Positions 26,541 to 27,209 of a DNA stretch of 27,209 bases are shown in pieces (position 1 is the stretch's first letter; each line of letters opens with the position of its first letter). The notes beneath the pieces were generated by a model. The model saw only the letters and a program-made list of their open reading frames with translations. It did no database searches and was not told the origin of the DNA. This stretch comes from a virus (taxonomy: Duplodnaviria > Caudoviricetes). The stretch is from positions 1 to 27,209 of the IMG/VR virus record IMGVR_UViG_3300032373_000840; one strand, 5' to 3'. Made by a program: the position numbers and the translations under genes.

Positions 26541-27050
26541 ATGAAATTCATTTACAATGACATCTCTTTTTCTCAATCTAAAAAGATGTGTGTAATTATG
26601 TTTTCTGTTGACGACAAAAAAGCAGTTTATGTTTCTCGAACCGATGCTGATAATCCGCTATCGAGTTATTCAAGCCACGCCTTCGAACTCGATGGGGATA
26701 CATGGCCATCGGTTGAACACTACTATCAAGCGAATAAGTTTGAAGACGAATCGATAAAGGAAAGTATAAAAACAACGAGCAACGCAGAAGAAGCGCGCAA
26801 AATCGCGAAGAAACGAAACATTCGCTCAGACTGGAAAAAAAACAAAGTAACGTTTATGACCCGCGCGGTTTACATTAAGTGCTGCACCCATGAAGATGTT
26901 CGGCGCTCACTACTCAGCACTGGCGACGATGACATCGTCGAAAATAGCCAATATGATTATTTCTGGGGTTGCGGGCGTGACTTACGCGGCGATAATGTTT
27001 ATGGAAAGATATTGATGGATGTGCGAAAAAAGATAACCGCAAAAGAGTAA
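26541..27050 (+). CDS. NADAR/YbiA-family protein (host gene; real start may be 26598)
   Basis: WPSVEHYYQANKF, IRSDW, LLSTGDDDIVENS.YD.FWGCG...N..GKILM.VR. Confidence 0.9.
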   Translation: MKFIYNDISFSQSKKMCVIMFSVDDKKAVYVSRTDADNPLSSYSSHAFELDGDTWPSVEHYYQANKFEDESIKESIKTTSNAEEARKIAKKRNIRSDWKKNKVTFMTRAVYIKCCTHEDVRRSLLSTGDDDIVENSQYDYFWGCGRDLRGDNVYGKILMDVRKKITAKE

Positions 27051-27063
27051 CTACAACTAAATC

Positions 27064-27090
27064 GTCTCCGGCATAACCGGAGACTTATTT
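27064..27090 (+). terminator. Intrinsic terminator after the NADAR gene
   Basis: GTCTCCGG-CATAA-CCGGAGAC followed by TTATTT. Confidence 0.6.
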
Positions 27091-27209
27091 ATCGGACAAC
27101 GTTCTACAATATTAGCCCATTTACTAGTGTTTTTTTCTCGCCAAGGTCAGCCCATCGCCAATAGGAACAATGGATAAATCCACCCTTTCGTCAGATTGTA
27201 GTTTTTTGT

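Noticed and set aside
26541-27050. NADAR gene as a phage anti-DarT or antitoxin cargo
   Set aside because: It lies outside the predicted attR and no ADP-ribosyltransferase is visible; treated as a host gene

Overview
Positions 1-26476 are the right-hand ~26.5 kb of a Mu-like transposable myovirus prophage, probably in a gammaproteobacterium, followed by one host NADAR/YbiA-family gene. The left part is a leftward early operon: ner-like regulator, antirepressor, CII-like protein, DUF3102 protein, MuA, MuB and a DUF3164 gene cut by the window edge. Next come a divergent but frameshifted repressor and a small accessory block (orphan REC-ANTAR regulator, TPR-like protein). A rightward head and contractile-tail operon follows and ends in a beta-helix tailspike. 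Terminase, portal and lysis genes are not in the window, which fits a split head module lying further left or a deletion. Most notable observations: (i) a perfect 28-bp intergenic palindrome that translates to almost the same peptide as a motif inside the adjacent DUF3102 protein, whose own codons are synonymously non-palindromic; (ii) two tandem Mu-type right ends with different transposase-binding repeats; (iii) a phage-borne REC-ANTAR regulator plus a terminator-like hairpin ahead of the virion operon; (iv) a multi-hairpin candidate RNA after the capsid gene; (v) frameshifts in the repressor and one early gene. Family assignments come from motif recognition and gene order, not from database searches.
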